Shown here piece after piece: positions 1 through 8,237 of a DNA stretch of 25,949 nucleotides (the stretch's first letter is position 1; each line of letters begins with the position of its first letter). The position numbers and the translations under genes were made by a program. Under the pieces are notes generated by a model. The model did not search any database and had not been told where the DNA came from. It saw only the letters and a program-made list of their open reading frames with translations. Origin of the DNA: a virus (taxonomy: Duplodnaviria; Caudoviricetes); IMG/VR virus record IMGVR_UViG_3300007229_000070, positions 1-25,949 of that record; one strand, 5' to 3'.

Positions 1-548
1 CTCAATGCATTGATGTATGTCTCATCTCTCTTACATACCAGATATAAAGGTGACATACCATCGCAGTATGAAACAAATACCCACCGATCAAAGCCTGTAA
101 TCATCATCAATCCCTGGACCTGGGAAAAGTATGTAGTTGGTAGTTCGTTCTTTAAAAGATAACCAACGTGAGTACTAGGTTGTGGACATTTTATTTCTAG
201 ACCTATTCTATCTTCCAGGTTTATAGCATCGGGTGAACCACCACAAGGAACTTCCATAGACTCCAGGAAGCCGATCTTTTCAAAGTTTAGATCCCTAGTG
301 AAGTTGATAAACTCTAAAGCTTCATCTTCAGTCTCGTTACCATGCTTCATCGCTTCACTTTGAAAGTTATCTTCTAATTTTCCAGTGAGTAGGAATGCGA
401 CTTTTTTATTGATCAAAGTCTCAAGTGAAGTTGATCTTTTACATTTAGCTGGAGTTGTTACCTTTGAAAATTCACTAGCAGTAATGAGTGGACCTCTGGC
501 TTTGAACCACTCTTCACTGTTTTGTTCAACATCTAAGGTTCTAAACAT
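1..548 (-). CDS. YqaJ / lambda-exonuclease family protein (3' end truncated by the window edge)
   Basis: Not in ORF track. Hand translation from ATG at 548: MFRTLDVEQNSEEWFKARGPLITASEFSK...AMKHGNETEDEA...GGSPDA...GLEIKCP...YFSQVQGLMMITG. It shows the Q-x-S-x-EW..R...TAS, SPD, EIKCP and QVQ motifs of YqaJ/Exo. The start overlaps the ERF stop. Confidence 0.93.
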   Translation of the reverse strand, partial: MFRTLDVEQNSEEWFKARGPLITASEFSKVTTPAKCKRSTSLETLINKKVAFLLTGKLEDNFQSEAMKHGNETEDEALEFINFTRDLNFEKIGFLESMEVPCGGSPDAINLEDRIGLEIKCPQPSTHVGYLLKNELPTTYFSQVQGLMMITGFDRWVFVSYCDGMSPLYLVCKRDETYINAL

Positions 549-1269
549 CTTGACCACCTTGGACCACAGTCCTTTTTTGCATCAATGCCTTAATAGCTTT
601 TTTAGCTTCGAGTGAAGTTAGCATATCCAGGTTATCAACTCTTAGGAACTTTAGAAGTTTTGGCATATCTGTATCAGTACTCTTTGCAATTGAGAGAATC
701 TCACTTTTTTGTTCTTCAGTTGCAGAGATATCAGTGGCCCTATTCGCATCATCATCTTCTTCCTGGACCGCAAGACCTAAAGCCGACTCAATGGCCGCAC
801 GTTTCGCATACGTAAGTGCGGACTTTCTTCTTTGAGATTGATTCATCTTTCCACCATCATCTAGTTTCTCGTAATAGTACTCTGATTTATATTGACCACC
901 ATCGGCATGCTTTATTGTAATGGTTATCATGCTTGTTCTTTCATCGACATTCTTAGTATCGAAATAATATGACAATCCGTACTTCCCTAAAAATGGTTTA
1001 ATAACGTGGACAATCTCATCAAACGGTGCATAGTTTGAGTTATGTGCCTTTTTAATTTTGTTGATAATAGGGCATTCTCTTTGGAAACCACTAAGGGCCG
1101 CATTCAAAGACTTCTCAGCTTGTCTATTCTCAATCCTTTCTTGCATATCAATTAACTTTGAAAGCTTGTCAGGATCGAAATCAGGACGCATGGATAGCTC
1201 TAAAATTTGACTCTCCATAGTTACCAGTTGTTTCTCTTCTTGTTTGATTAGATCTAGTTGATCACTCAT
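541..1269 (-). CDS. erf: ERF-family single-stranded DNA annealing protein (recombinase)
   Basis: ALSGFQRECPIINK, NYAPFDEIVHVIKPFLGKYGL, TITIKHADG, SALTYAKR..IESALGL..EEDDDAN match the ERF signature. Adjacent to an exonuclease. RBS AAGGA upstream. Confidence 0.88.
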   Translation of the reverse strand: MSDQLDLIKQEEKQLVTMESQILELSMRPDFDPDKLSKLIDMQERIENRQAEKSLNAALSGFQRECPIINKIKKAHNSNYAPFDEIVHVIKPFLGKYGLSYYFDTKNVDERTSMITITIKHADGGQYKSEYYYEKLDDGGKMNQSQRRKSALTYAKRAAIESALGLAVQEEDDDANRATDISATEEQKSEILSIAKSTDTDMPKLLKFLRVDNLDMLTSLEAKKAIKALMQKRTVVQGGQDV

Positions 1270-1283
1270 CTTTTTTCCTTTGG

Positions 1284-1481
1284 TTAAATTATTTCACTTA
1301 TAAATACAAAAATATTCACTATAACTTGAATGACTAATGGCACTAAAATTCCTATTAAAATACCTTGTGACCTAAAAATGATCACATCTTCCTTTTCTTT
1401 TGGTATTGGATACATTGTTTTGTGAGTACACCTCAAGCCAAGTATTACAATTCCAACAATAATTAACGGATCAATATACAT
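1284..1481 (-). CDS. Hypothetical membrane protein (65 aa, two hydrophobic segments)
   Basis: ORF track. AGGAG RBS upstream. Hydrophobic stretches PLIIVGIVILGL and GILIGILVPLVIQVIVNIFVFI. Confidence 0.7.
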   Translation of the reverse strand: MYIDPLIIVGIVILGLRCTHKTMYPIPKEKEDVIIFRSQGILIGILVPLVIQVIVNIFVFISEII

Positions 1482-1489
1482 ATAAACTC

Positions 1490-1570
1490 CTATCTACCTA
1501 TTTGGCTTAAGACATAAAGCAAAAGCACTTGTAACGACAAAACAAAAACAATTAAAACATCCATCAACAT
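1490..1570 (-). CDS. Small single-TM peptide (26 aa, MLMDVLIVFVLSLQVLLLYVLSQIGR)
   Basis: Not in ORF track. Fills the gap between two minus-strand genes. AAGGA RBS 8 nt upstream. Its TAG overlaps the next gene's AGGAG RBS. Confidence 0.6.
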   Translation of the reverse strand: MLMDVLIVFVLSLQVLLLYVLSQIGR

Positions 1571-1571
1571 G

Positions 1572-1799
1572 TTAAAATTCCTTATGCTTACCAGACTCAA
1601 TAGCGTAAACAATTGCATATGCCAGGTATAACGGATCATTCTTTTGACCTAGGATCTTGTCGATTGATCTAATGTTTGGTTCTAAAACAATGCGAGCGAC
1701 TTCCTTGCACATCTCATAATCGCTACATGTTTTAGTAATCTCTACGCAAGTCCTGTAATCTTTTTCGGATAATATATCCATAATTTTTGCCTTCTTCAT
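1572..1799 (-). CDS. Hypothetical protein (75 aa)
   Basis: ORF track. AGGAG RBS upstream. Co-oriented in a tightly packed operon. Confidence 0.75.
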   Translation of the reverse strand: MKKAKIMDILSEKDYRTCVEITKTCSDYEMCKEVARIVLEPNIRSIDKILGQKNDPLYLAYAIVYAIESGKHKEF

Positions 1800-1820
1800 A
1801 ATTTCTCCTATAAAATTTAT

Positions 1821-2126
1821 TTAGATTAGACCTTCATTTATCCATTCACATAAAGCTTCGGCCATATTTTTATTCACTTCTTCATCAATGAGATATTCAA
1901 GTTCCATTGAAAACTCTTTATTAAAAAACCTAATGACATCGGTAAGATCTTGTTCACCAGTTTTGTCATAGATCCTTGAGCTACATTCAAGACCTTCATA
2001 TCCTGGAGTTACATCAAGACATGCCTTAACCACAATTGTTAGGTCAATTGACTCTTCATCTACTTCACGATCATCAACGTATTGTGTTAAAGTATGAGTA
2101 AAATTAAATTCGGTATGATGTTTCAT
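1821..2126 (-). CDS. Hypothetical acidic protein (101 aa)
   Basis: ORF track. AAGGA RBS. Starts 3 nt after the upstream stop. D/E-rich. Confidence 0.75.
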   Translation of the reverse strand: MKHHTEFNFTHTLTQYVDDREVDEESIDLTIVVKACLDVTPGYEGLECSSRIYDKTGEQDLTDVIRFFNKEFSMELEYLIDEEVNKNMAEALCEWINEGLI

Positions 2127-2129
2127 GAT

Positions 2130-2354
2130 TTATCCTTTTTTATTTAGTATAAGATTTAAAGCATTGGCGAGGTCCACAGTATCAATCTCAGTTTTAGGTC
2201 CAGGAATCGCTACGCTATCCGACTCAATCAATTCCATGATGTATTGTGTCATACTTATTTGTCTATCAATCGCTACTTTCCTGGCTTTTCTCCATACATC
2301 TAAAGGCATGTTACGAACTGATACGGTTGCTTTTCTAGTTTCTTGGTTTTTCAT
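2130..2354 (-). CDS. Ribbon-helix-helix (Arc/MetJ/CopG-like) DNA-binding protein
   Basis: KATVSVRNMPLDVWRKARKVAIDRQISMTQYIMELIE: alternating beta-strand, then P-x-[DE] helix, then S-M-x-x-x-I second helix, the RHH pattern. GAGGAG RBS. Confidence 0.72.
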   Translation of the reverse strand: MKNQETRKATVSVRNMPLDVWRKARKVAIDRQISMTQYIMELIESDSVAIPGPKTEIDTVDLANALNLILNKKG

Positions 2355-2355
2355 A

Positions 2356-2766
2356 TTATCTCCTCTTAAGTTTAGTTATGATTTTTTCAATATCTTCAAT
2401 AATTTCTTTATCAATGCCGTGTGGTGGACATTCATCGTATTGATCCTCTACACCTCTACGTAACGCATCAAGCAAGACGATTCTTTTATCATTATCAGCA
2501 TAGTAAACCTGGTCGGCTAACTGACTTTCACAAGTTATCTTTATGTTTCCATCGGCATCCAGGCTAAATAGATCCCTAGTGATAGGTTCACCATTCACAT
2601 TCTCTATTGTTTTGGTAACAACAATCGATTCTTTATCGTGACACCTTGGAACTTTCCTTAATGTATGATCTACATTGATTCTCCAGGGTGACGTTTGCAT
2701 GTTAAATGGAACTAATTTTTGGAACTTGAGATCTTTCATACTCATCCTTTGGTTGGTGCATATCAT
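2356..2766 (-). CDS. Hypothetical protein, first gene of the leftward operon (true start probably the MKDLKF ATG near 2739)
   Basis: ORF track. AAGGA lies 5 nt before the MKDLKF ATG. The stop is 1 nt from the next ATG. Confidence 0.7.
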   Translation of the reverse strand: MICTNQRMSMKDLKFQKLVPFNMQTSPWRINVDHTLRKVPRCHDKESIVVTKTIENVNGEPITRDLFSLDADGNIKITCESQLADQVYYADNDKRIVLLDALRRGVEDQYDECPPHGIDKEIIEDIEKIITKLKRR

Positions 2767-2792
2767 TGATATGTGTTATATTTAAGAAGTAT

Positions 2793-2821
2793 ATTATCGC
2801 ACATACTTGACAAGAGTACAA
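2793..2821 (-). promoter_or_regulatory. Putative sigma70-type leftward (early) promoter
   Basis: Minus strand reads TTGTAC - 17 nt - GATAAT, with TGn just before the -10 (extended -10). Lies upstream of the leftward operon. Confidence 0.55.
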
Positions 2822-2848
2822 CATTATTTACATATATTTTTCTTAACT

Positions 2849-2876
2849 TTGAAATTTTTATATGCCAATATATTGT
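2849..2876 (+). promoter_or_regulatory. Possible rightward promoter for the late operon
   Basis: TTGAAA (2849-2854) - 16 nt - TATTGT (2871-2876) upstream of terS. A perfect TTGACA at 2807-2812 has only a weak -10 partner. The region is very AT-rich, so chance matches are likely. Confidence 0.3.
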
Positions 2877-2907
2877 AAATTAAATTTTTTTGGAGTCTAA
2901 TATTACT

Positions 2908-3447
2908 ATGAGTGATCAGAACGAACTAACACCGCAGCAAGAAAGATTTTGCCATGAGTACATCATAGACCTGAATGCCACTCAGGCGGCTATTAGAGCT
3001 TCATACAGCGAAGATACAGCAAGGCAGCAAGGTTCACGCTTGTTGTCAAATGCTAACATCTTAGAATTAGTGTATAAGCTTAATCAGGAAAGAATAAAGG
3101 AAGTTAAGATTGATGCTAACTTTGTTCTAGGGGAGCTTCACAAGATAGCAAGTTCAAGTGTAAAGGACATGTTAAATGATGATGGCACTTTTAAAAACAT
3201 ATCTGAGATCCCGGACCACGTAGCAAAAACAATTCAAAATATAGATATAGAAGAAAGAGTTGAAAGAGACAGAGATACCGGAGAAGAGTTAGCGGTTGTC
3301 AAAGTAGTTAAGGTCAAACTCTGGAATAAAGACAAGTCGCTTGAAAATTTAGGTAAACATTTAAAGTTATTTACTGATAAGATGGAAGTCGGTATGTCAC
3401 AAACACTTGAACAGATCATTGGAAACTCTATGAAGGACAAGGAATGA
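2908..3447 (+). CDS. terS: Terminase small subunit (start ATG 2908, or TTG 2890)
   Basis: LTPQQERFCHEYIIDLNATQAAIRASYS..TA..QGSRLL HTH signature and C-terminal K..SLENLGKHLKLFTDK of the Terminase_2 family. Confidence 0.95.
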   Translation: MSDQNELTPQQERFCHEYIIDLNATQAAIRASYSEDTARQQGSRLLSNANILELVYKLNQERIKEVKIDANFVLGELHKIASSSVKDMLNDDGTFKNISEIPDHVAKTIQNIDIEERVERDRDTGEELAVVKVVKVKLWNKDKSLENLGKHLKLFTDKMEVGMSQTLEQIIGNSMKDKE

Positions 3448-3611
3448 AGTATTTTATCAGGTTAGTATTAGTAATCCCTTTTTTCGTTACACTAACCATT
3501 GGATTTATCCTTTTATTTCTCACAGATGATCAGAGAATTGTAGGGCCAATTGATAGAGTCCTGGATTACATGTTATATATATCAGAGTTATCAACACTAA
3601 AGGAAGATTAA
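3444..3611 (+). CDS. Small membrane protein (55 aa, N-terminal TM)
   Basis: Not in ORF track. MKYFIRLVLVIPFFVTLTIGFILLFLTDDQRIVGPIDRVLDYMLYISELSTLKED. ATGA overlap with the terS stop and TAATG overlap with the next gene. Confidence 0.72.
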   Translation: MKYFIRLVLVIPFFVTLTIGFILLFLTDDQRIVGPIDRVLDYMLYISELSTLKED

Positions 3612-3832
3612 TGACTACAATGGAGCAAGAAACAAACGATATCATAGTGAAACTTTCATATGCAGAACTTGAACAAGTGGTCCAGGACCATGAGACAGTT
3701 ATCAAAAATGCAGCTATCATGCTAGGTAAACAAAAGAAAATCATAGAAGATCTTAAAAAGCATCTTGAATTTAACCTTAAGATATTGGCAGACATAGAAA
3801 TTGAGAATATGAAACTCAAGGATGCACAGTGA
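3611..3832 (+). CDS. Hypothetical coiled-coil protein (73 aa)
   Basis: ORF track. AAGGA RBS. Heptad-like L/I pattern. Overlaps both neighbours. Confidence 0.7.
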   Translation: MTTMEQETNDIIVKLSYAELEQVVQDHETVIKNAAIMLGKQKKIIEDLKKHLEFNLKILADIEIENMKLKDAQ

Positions 3833-4125
3833 GTCAAAGAATATCAGGACCTAATGAGCATGTGCCTGGCACAACCGTTGATCACTCAGAGATAACGGCC
3901 ACAGATGTATTACAAGATGATGGAAGTAACAAGCGATTATTGGATGTAAGAGTCTTAACAGATGGAGCGTTCGGTTCGTATGATACAATCACAGCGACAT
4001 ACCCTACGGCACTAACAGAAGTATATACATACAGCTTGAATGCAGTTGATCTTGGAAACATAACAGTCACATACCAGGACACGGCAAAGAAAATTTTACT
4101 TAGCGTGGTGAAGAATGCCCTTTAA
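3829..4125 (+). CDS. Hypothetical beta-rich virion-associated protein (98 aa)
   Basis: GTGA overlap. T/V/Y-rich C-terminal half (YDTITATYPTALTEVYTYS...ITVTYQD). Confidence 0.7.
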   Translation: MSQRISGPNEHVPGTTVDHSEITATDVLQDDGSNKRLLDVRVLTDGAFGSYDTITATYPTALTEVYTYSLNAVDLGNITVTYQDTAKKILLSVVKNAL

Positions 4126-4564
4126 GTTCAATCCATTGACAGGAAAGTTAGATCTTGTTGATCCTAATGAGATCAATTTCTCATATATAGACGTTGAACT
4201 AGGTAAAGAGTTAACAATTCCAAGCGGACAGCAGATGATAGTGTATGAAGCACTTAACCTGGATGGCGACCTTGTTATTAATGGTGAACTTGTTATCTTT
4301 AATGGTAAGGTTTTAAGTAGGATAATAGATACAGATGTAAGCGAGACTATAAATATAGAGGTCTTTGAGGTGGTTAGACAGACAGTATCAGGGATAACCA
4401 CAAGTTTTAGCTCTGTAAGTAGAGGTTCACAGATAACAGTTACTAATAGAAGTGGTGGTGACAACACTTTAAATATAACAATACAGGGGACAGCTTCACC
4501 AACCATAAAAGACAGGGAAAGTTTTTCACTTATATATAACGGGATAGATTATGACTTTACTTAG
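4115..4564 (+). CDS. Hypothetical beta-rich protein, putative fibre/appendage component (149 aa)
   Basis: N-terminal MPFKFNPLTGKLDLV motif. LTIPSGQQMIVY..LNLDGDLVINGELVI beta-solenoid-like repeat. C-terminal ITVTNRSGG..LNIT...SFSLIYNG resembles fibre C-terminal domains. Confidence 0.65.
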   Translation: MPFKFNPLTGKLDLVDPNEINFSYIDVELGKELTIPSGQQMIVYEALNLDGDLVINGELVIFNGKVLSRIIDTDVSETINIEVFEVVRQTVSGITTSFSSVSRGSQITVTNRSGGDNTLNITIQGTASPTIKDRESFSLIYNGIDYDFT

Positions 4565-5699
4565 AGACACCGGAGCAATTTCTATTGGAAATAGTTCGGT
4601 TACTCCACTACTTGCCGGAACTACATTCACAGGCACAGGCGAGCAAAACGACTTGCCCCACGTTGGTATTCAATTAAAAACAGATGTAGCCGGAACTTTA
4701 TACTTTGACTTTTCTAACGATGGTATAAATTGGGATAGTACCTTTCCAGTTTCGGGCTTTGAGGTATCGGCAAACATACCAGAGTTTCATACAGCAGTTA
4801 AGCTTGGAAGATACTTCAGACTAAGGTTAGTTAACAATGGCACAGATCAAACATACCTAAGACTAACGACATACTATGGAAATAATTTTGTACCTTCATC
4901 AGCTCCACTTAACCAATCCATAGGCAGAGACACAGATGCAATGACAGTAAGACCATCAAGTTTTGTTGATGAAGTTGCAATCGGAAGAAGGGGCGGTGTA
5001 TCTAACTTTAATAAGTTTGGATATAGAAGCGGTCTAACAAATGCCGGTGGTGAGCAAACAATATGGGCCACAACAACCAATTTCACACCAATGACTACAG
5101 CTTCAACTTTCACTATCACATATAACAGCGGCACAGATGGACTAGGCACGACAGGTGCTTTAACTTTATATTTTGTATATATAGATAGTGATGGACTAAA
5201 ACAAATAGGGACTCACGTATTAGGGAATACAGGATCAGATGTTACAAGTTTTAGTGGTCTTGGAATAAATAGATGTGCATTATCATCATCGGGATCAGCT
5301 ACTTTTAACACTAACGATATATTAATAACAGAGACTACAGGTGGAACTACTCAAGCAGTAATTCCAGCAGGGCACTCGACTACACAACAAGCTATATTCT
5401 TTGTTGACTCTAACAGTGATGCGGTATCACATTTCTTGTGGATCAATTGTAATAAGACAAGTGGTGGTTCATCCCCTAAAGTTCTTATTAAGGGTTATGT
5501 TTTCAATAGACAGTTTGAGACTAGATTTGAAGTCTTTAGAAGTACAGTAGATACCGGTGTAGAGAATACGATATCAATATCCGATCCCGTTGGTTTTCCA
5601 TTATCACCTACAGATGTACTATATTTTGTAGCAGACACAGATACCAATGCCACAGAGTTATCAATAAGAATAAGCTTAAGAGAATATAAAAGAAGTTAG
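4551..5699 (+). CDS. Putative virion structural / fibre-like beta-sandwich protein (382 aa)
   Basis: T/G/S-rich. N-terminal domain STPLLAGTTFTGTGE...FSNDGINWD...RYFRLRLVNNGTDQTYLRL, second domain starting NFNKFGY. No enzyme motif seen. Confidence 0.65.
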   Translation: MTLLRDTGAISIGNSSVTPLLAGTTFTGTGEQNDLPHVGIQLKTDVAGTLYFDFSNDGINWDSTFPVSGFEVSANIPEFHTAVKLGRYFRLRLVNNGTDQTYLRLTTYYGNNFVPSSAPLNQSIGRDTDAMTVRPSSFVDEVAIGRRGGVSNFNKFGYRSGLTNAGGEQTIWATTTNFTPMTTASTFTITYNSGTDGLGTTGALTLYFVYIDSDGLKQIGTHVLGNTGSDVTSFSGLGINRCALSSSGSATFNTNDILITETTGGTTQAVIPAGHSTTQQAIFFVDSNSDAVSHFLWINCNKTSGGSSPKVLIKGYVFNRQFETRFEVFRSTVDTGVENTISISDPVGFPLSPTDVLYFVADTDTNATELSIRISLREYKRS

Positions 5700-5707
5700 G
5701 AGAAACC

Positions 5708-6781
5708 ATGAGCAAGATAACAATTAAGAACGACACCGCACCAACTACTCCAGAAAGTGGTAGTACAGCTTTATATGTAGATTCAACTACAAAGAAACTT
5801 CACTCACTAGATGATGCCGGAGTTGATACCGAGTATGGTACAGGTGGCGGTGGTGGTGGTTCTGGTGACGTAGTAGGGCCAGCAGTTGCGACAGATAATG
5901 CAGTTGCAAGGTATGACACAGTAACAGGGAAGTTAATTCAGGACTCAGCAGTTATCATTGATGACTCTGGTAATATGAGTGGAGTAGGCACACTTAACAC
6001 AAGAAACTTAGCGACAGATGCAAGCAAGTTAGACGGTATAGAAGCAAGTGCCACAGCAGATCAGACAGGTGCGGAAATCAAAGTTGCGTATGAATTAGAA
6101 GCAAACACCAATGCCTTCACAGATGCGGAGAAAACTTTACTAGGTAATCAGTCAGGGACAAATACAGGCGATCAAACAGATGTCACAGGAAACTCAGGGA
6201 CTACAGATGCTCTAAACTCAGCGACTACAGTTATCGATGTTTCAGCGGCTACAGCTCCGACCACAGGACAGATACTAACAGCGACATCAGGGACAGCAGC
6301 AACGTGGCAAGATCCAGCAGCCGGTGGTAGTACAGTCGAGGTTACTTATTTGAAGGATGTTAAAACCGCTGCTTCTTTTGGTGGTACATTTAATAATGGT
6401 GCATGGAGAACTAGAGATCTAAACACTTTAACAGGTGCAACAGGATCAGTCTCATTATCATCTAACCAGATAACTTTAACGGCCGGAACTTATCATATAG
6501 AAGCAACAGCACCAGCGGCCAATGTTAATGGCCATCAAACAAGATTTGAAAACATAACAGATACGGTAACAGAAATACTAGGCTCATCGGAATACTCAGG
6601 ATCAGCTTCCAACGCAGGGACTATGAGTAGATGCACCGGAGTTGTAACAGTTGCATCAACTAAAGTTTATGAGTTTCAGCACAGATGTCAAACAAGTGCC
6701 GGATCATTTGGTTATGGATTAAGTGCGAACTTTTCAGTTAATACTATTTACGCACAGGTTAAAATAACTAAGATATCTTAA
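5708..6781 (+). CDS. Putative tail/head fibre protein (357 aa)
   Basis: AGGAG RBS. Poly-Gly linker, GDVVGPAVATDNAVARYDTVTGKLIQDS, KLDGIEASATADQT and PTTGQILTATS..ATWQ fibre-shaft motifs. C-terminal beta-sandwich (GAWRTRDLNT...ITLTAGTYHIEA...YAQVKITKI). Confidence 0.75.
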   Translation: MSKITIKNDTAPTTPESGSTALYVDSTTKKLHSLDDAGVDTEYGTGGGGGGSGDVVGPAVATDNAVARYDTVTGKLIQDSAVIIDDSGNMSGVGTLNTRNLATDASKLDGIEASATADQTGAEIKVAYELEANTNAFTDAEKTLLGNQSGTNTGDQTDVTGNSGTTDALNSATTVIDVSAATAPTTGQILTATSGTAATWQDPAAGGSTVEVTYLKDVKTAASFGGTFNNGAWRTRDLNTLTGATGSVSLSSNQITLTAGTYHIEATAPAANVNGHQTRFENITDTVTEILGSSEYSGSASNAGTMSRCTGVVTVASTKVYEFQHRCQTSAGSFGYGLSANFSVNTIYAQVKITKIS

Positions 6782-6788
6782 GGAATAG

Positions 6789-8237
6789 ATGACAGCATAC
6801 GAGCAAATTAAATACTGGAGAGAAAATCCAGTTGATTTTGTTAGGGATAACTTCCAAGCAGAACCGGACTTGTGGCAAGTAAAAGCCCTGGAATATTTCA
6901 TTGATGGAGATTACGACATGATGCGTATCTCATTACAAGCATGTGCCGGTCCTGGAAAGTCAGCGGTCCTTTCATGGTGCGGTTGGTTATTCCTTTCATG
7001 TTATGGTGAACCTGGTGAACATCCAAAAGGTGCGGCCGTATCAATTACAGCAGACAATCTAAGAGATAATTTATGGGTTGAGCTATCTAAGTGGCAACAA
7101 AGATCAGGGTATCTTATAGCAGCTTTTACGTGGACCGCATCTAGGATATATGCCAATGATCATCCTGAAACCTGGTTCATGTCAGCAAGGTCATTCCCAC
7201 AGTCAGCTAACATGGAGACAATCGGGAAGACATTATCAGGGATACATAGTAAGTATGTCCTTTTTTTAATAGATGAGTCGGGTGATATACCTAATCAGAT
7301 AGCTAAAGCAGCGGAGCAAGCGGCCGGAGAAACTAAAGGACGTGGTGGTTTTTGTAAAATATTACAAGCTGGAAATCCAATCAGTGTTACAGGAATGCTT
7401 TATATGGCATCGACCTCTAAATATTGGAACGTGATAAGAATCACTGGCGATCCTGAAGATCCAGAGAGATCACCACGTATAGACAAAGAGTGGGCACAAC
7501 AACAAATAGATGAGAATGGCCGTGACGATCCCTGGGTAGCATCATATATACTAGGGCACTTCCCTAAAACAGCAATCAATTCACTGCTATCAATACAAGA
7601 AGTAGAGATGGCAATGGAACGAACCATAAAGATCACAGATTATAATTACGCTCAAAAGAGACTAGGCATTGACGTTGCCAGGGGTGGAATGGATGCAACG
7701 GTTATCTTTCCTAGACAGGGTTTAGCTGGTTTTAAATATGCCACTATGAGAAAAGCCAACGGTCCAGAGGTAGCCGCACGTATATTGATGGCAAAGAGTA
7801 AGTGGAAAAGTGAACTAGAATTTGTTGATGACACCGGTGGTTTTGGTGGATCAGTCGTTGACTCCCTTCAACTATCAGGACAGTCACCTATCCCAATCCA
7901 CTTCAGTTCTAAAGCTACTGATCCTAGATATTTTAACAAGAGAAGTGAGATGTGGCTAGAAATGGCCGCATGGATAAGAAAAGGTGGTTGTTTACCTAAA
8001 TGTAACCAGCTTAAAAAAGAACTAACTTCAGTGAACTACTTCATCAAAAATGGTAAGTTCATGCTGGAGTCTAAAGAACAGATCAAGAAACGACTAGGCT
8101 TTTCACCAGATATTGCAGATGCATTGGCACTTACATTCGCACATCCAGACATGCCGACAGCAGATAAGTATGCACATTTAAGATCTAACGTATCGAGTTA
8201 TAATTCAGAGTACGATCCATTCAAGGCTATGAGATGA
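6789..8237 (+). CDS. terL: Terminase large subunit
   Basis: Adenine-binding PDLWQ, Walker A ACAGPGKS, Walker B LFLIDES, coupling motif AGNP, RNase H-like nuclease LGIDVARGGMD ... SPDIADALALTF. Confidence 0.96.
   Translation: MTAYEQIKYWRENPVDFVRDNFQAEPDLWQVKALEYFIDGDYDMMRISLQACAGPGKSAVLSWCGWLFLSCYGEPGEHPKGAAVSITADNLRDNLWVELSKWQQRSGYLIAAFTWTASRIYANDHPETWFMSARSFPQSANMETIGKTLSGIHSKYVLFLIDESGDIPNQIAKAAEQAAGETKGRGGFCKILQAGNPISVTGMLYMASTSKYWNVIRITGDPEDPERSPRIDKEWAQQQIDENGRDDPWVASYILGHFPKTAINSLLSIQEVEMAMERTIKITDYNYAQKRLGIDVARGGMDATVIFPRQGLAGFKYATMRKANGPEVAARILMAKSKWKSELEFVDDTGGFGGSVVDSLQLSGQSPIPIHFSSKATDPRYFNKRSEMWLEMAAWIRKGGCLPKCNQLKKELTSVNYFIKNGKFMLESKEQIKKRLGFSPDIADALALTFAHPDMPTADKYAHLRSNVSSYNSEYDPFKAMR

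Noticed and set aside
385-2463. Plus-strand ORFs 385-615, 612-815 and 2125-2463
   Set aside because: Antisense to the exonuclease, ERF and RHH genes, with no recognisable motifs.
5843-5866. GGT/GGC trinucleotide run as a tandem repeat or contingency locus
   Set aside because: It simply encodes a poly-Gly linker in the fibre protein.
4551-6781. Diversity-generating retroelement, expected by analogy with BPP-1
   Set aside because: No reverse transcriptase, no TR/VR repeat pair differing at adenines and no C-type lectin Mtd-like motif seen in this window.
6940-6965. Non-canonical TerL Walker A (ACAGPGKS) suggesting an inactive terminase
   Set aside because: GxGKS, Walker B, the coupling motif and the nuclease aspartates are all intact. 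This is within normal terminase variation.
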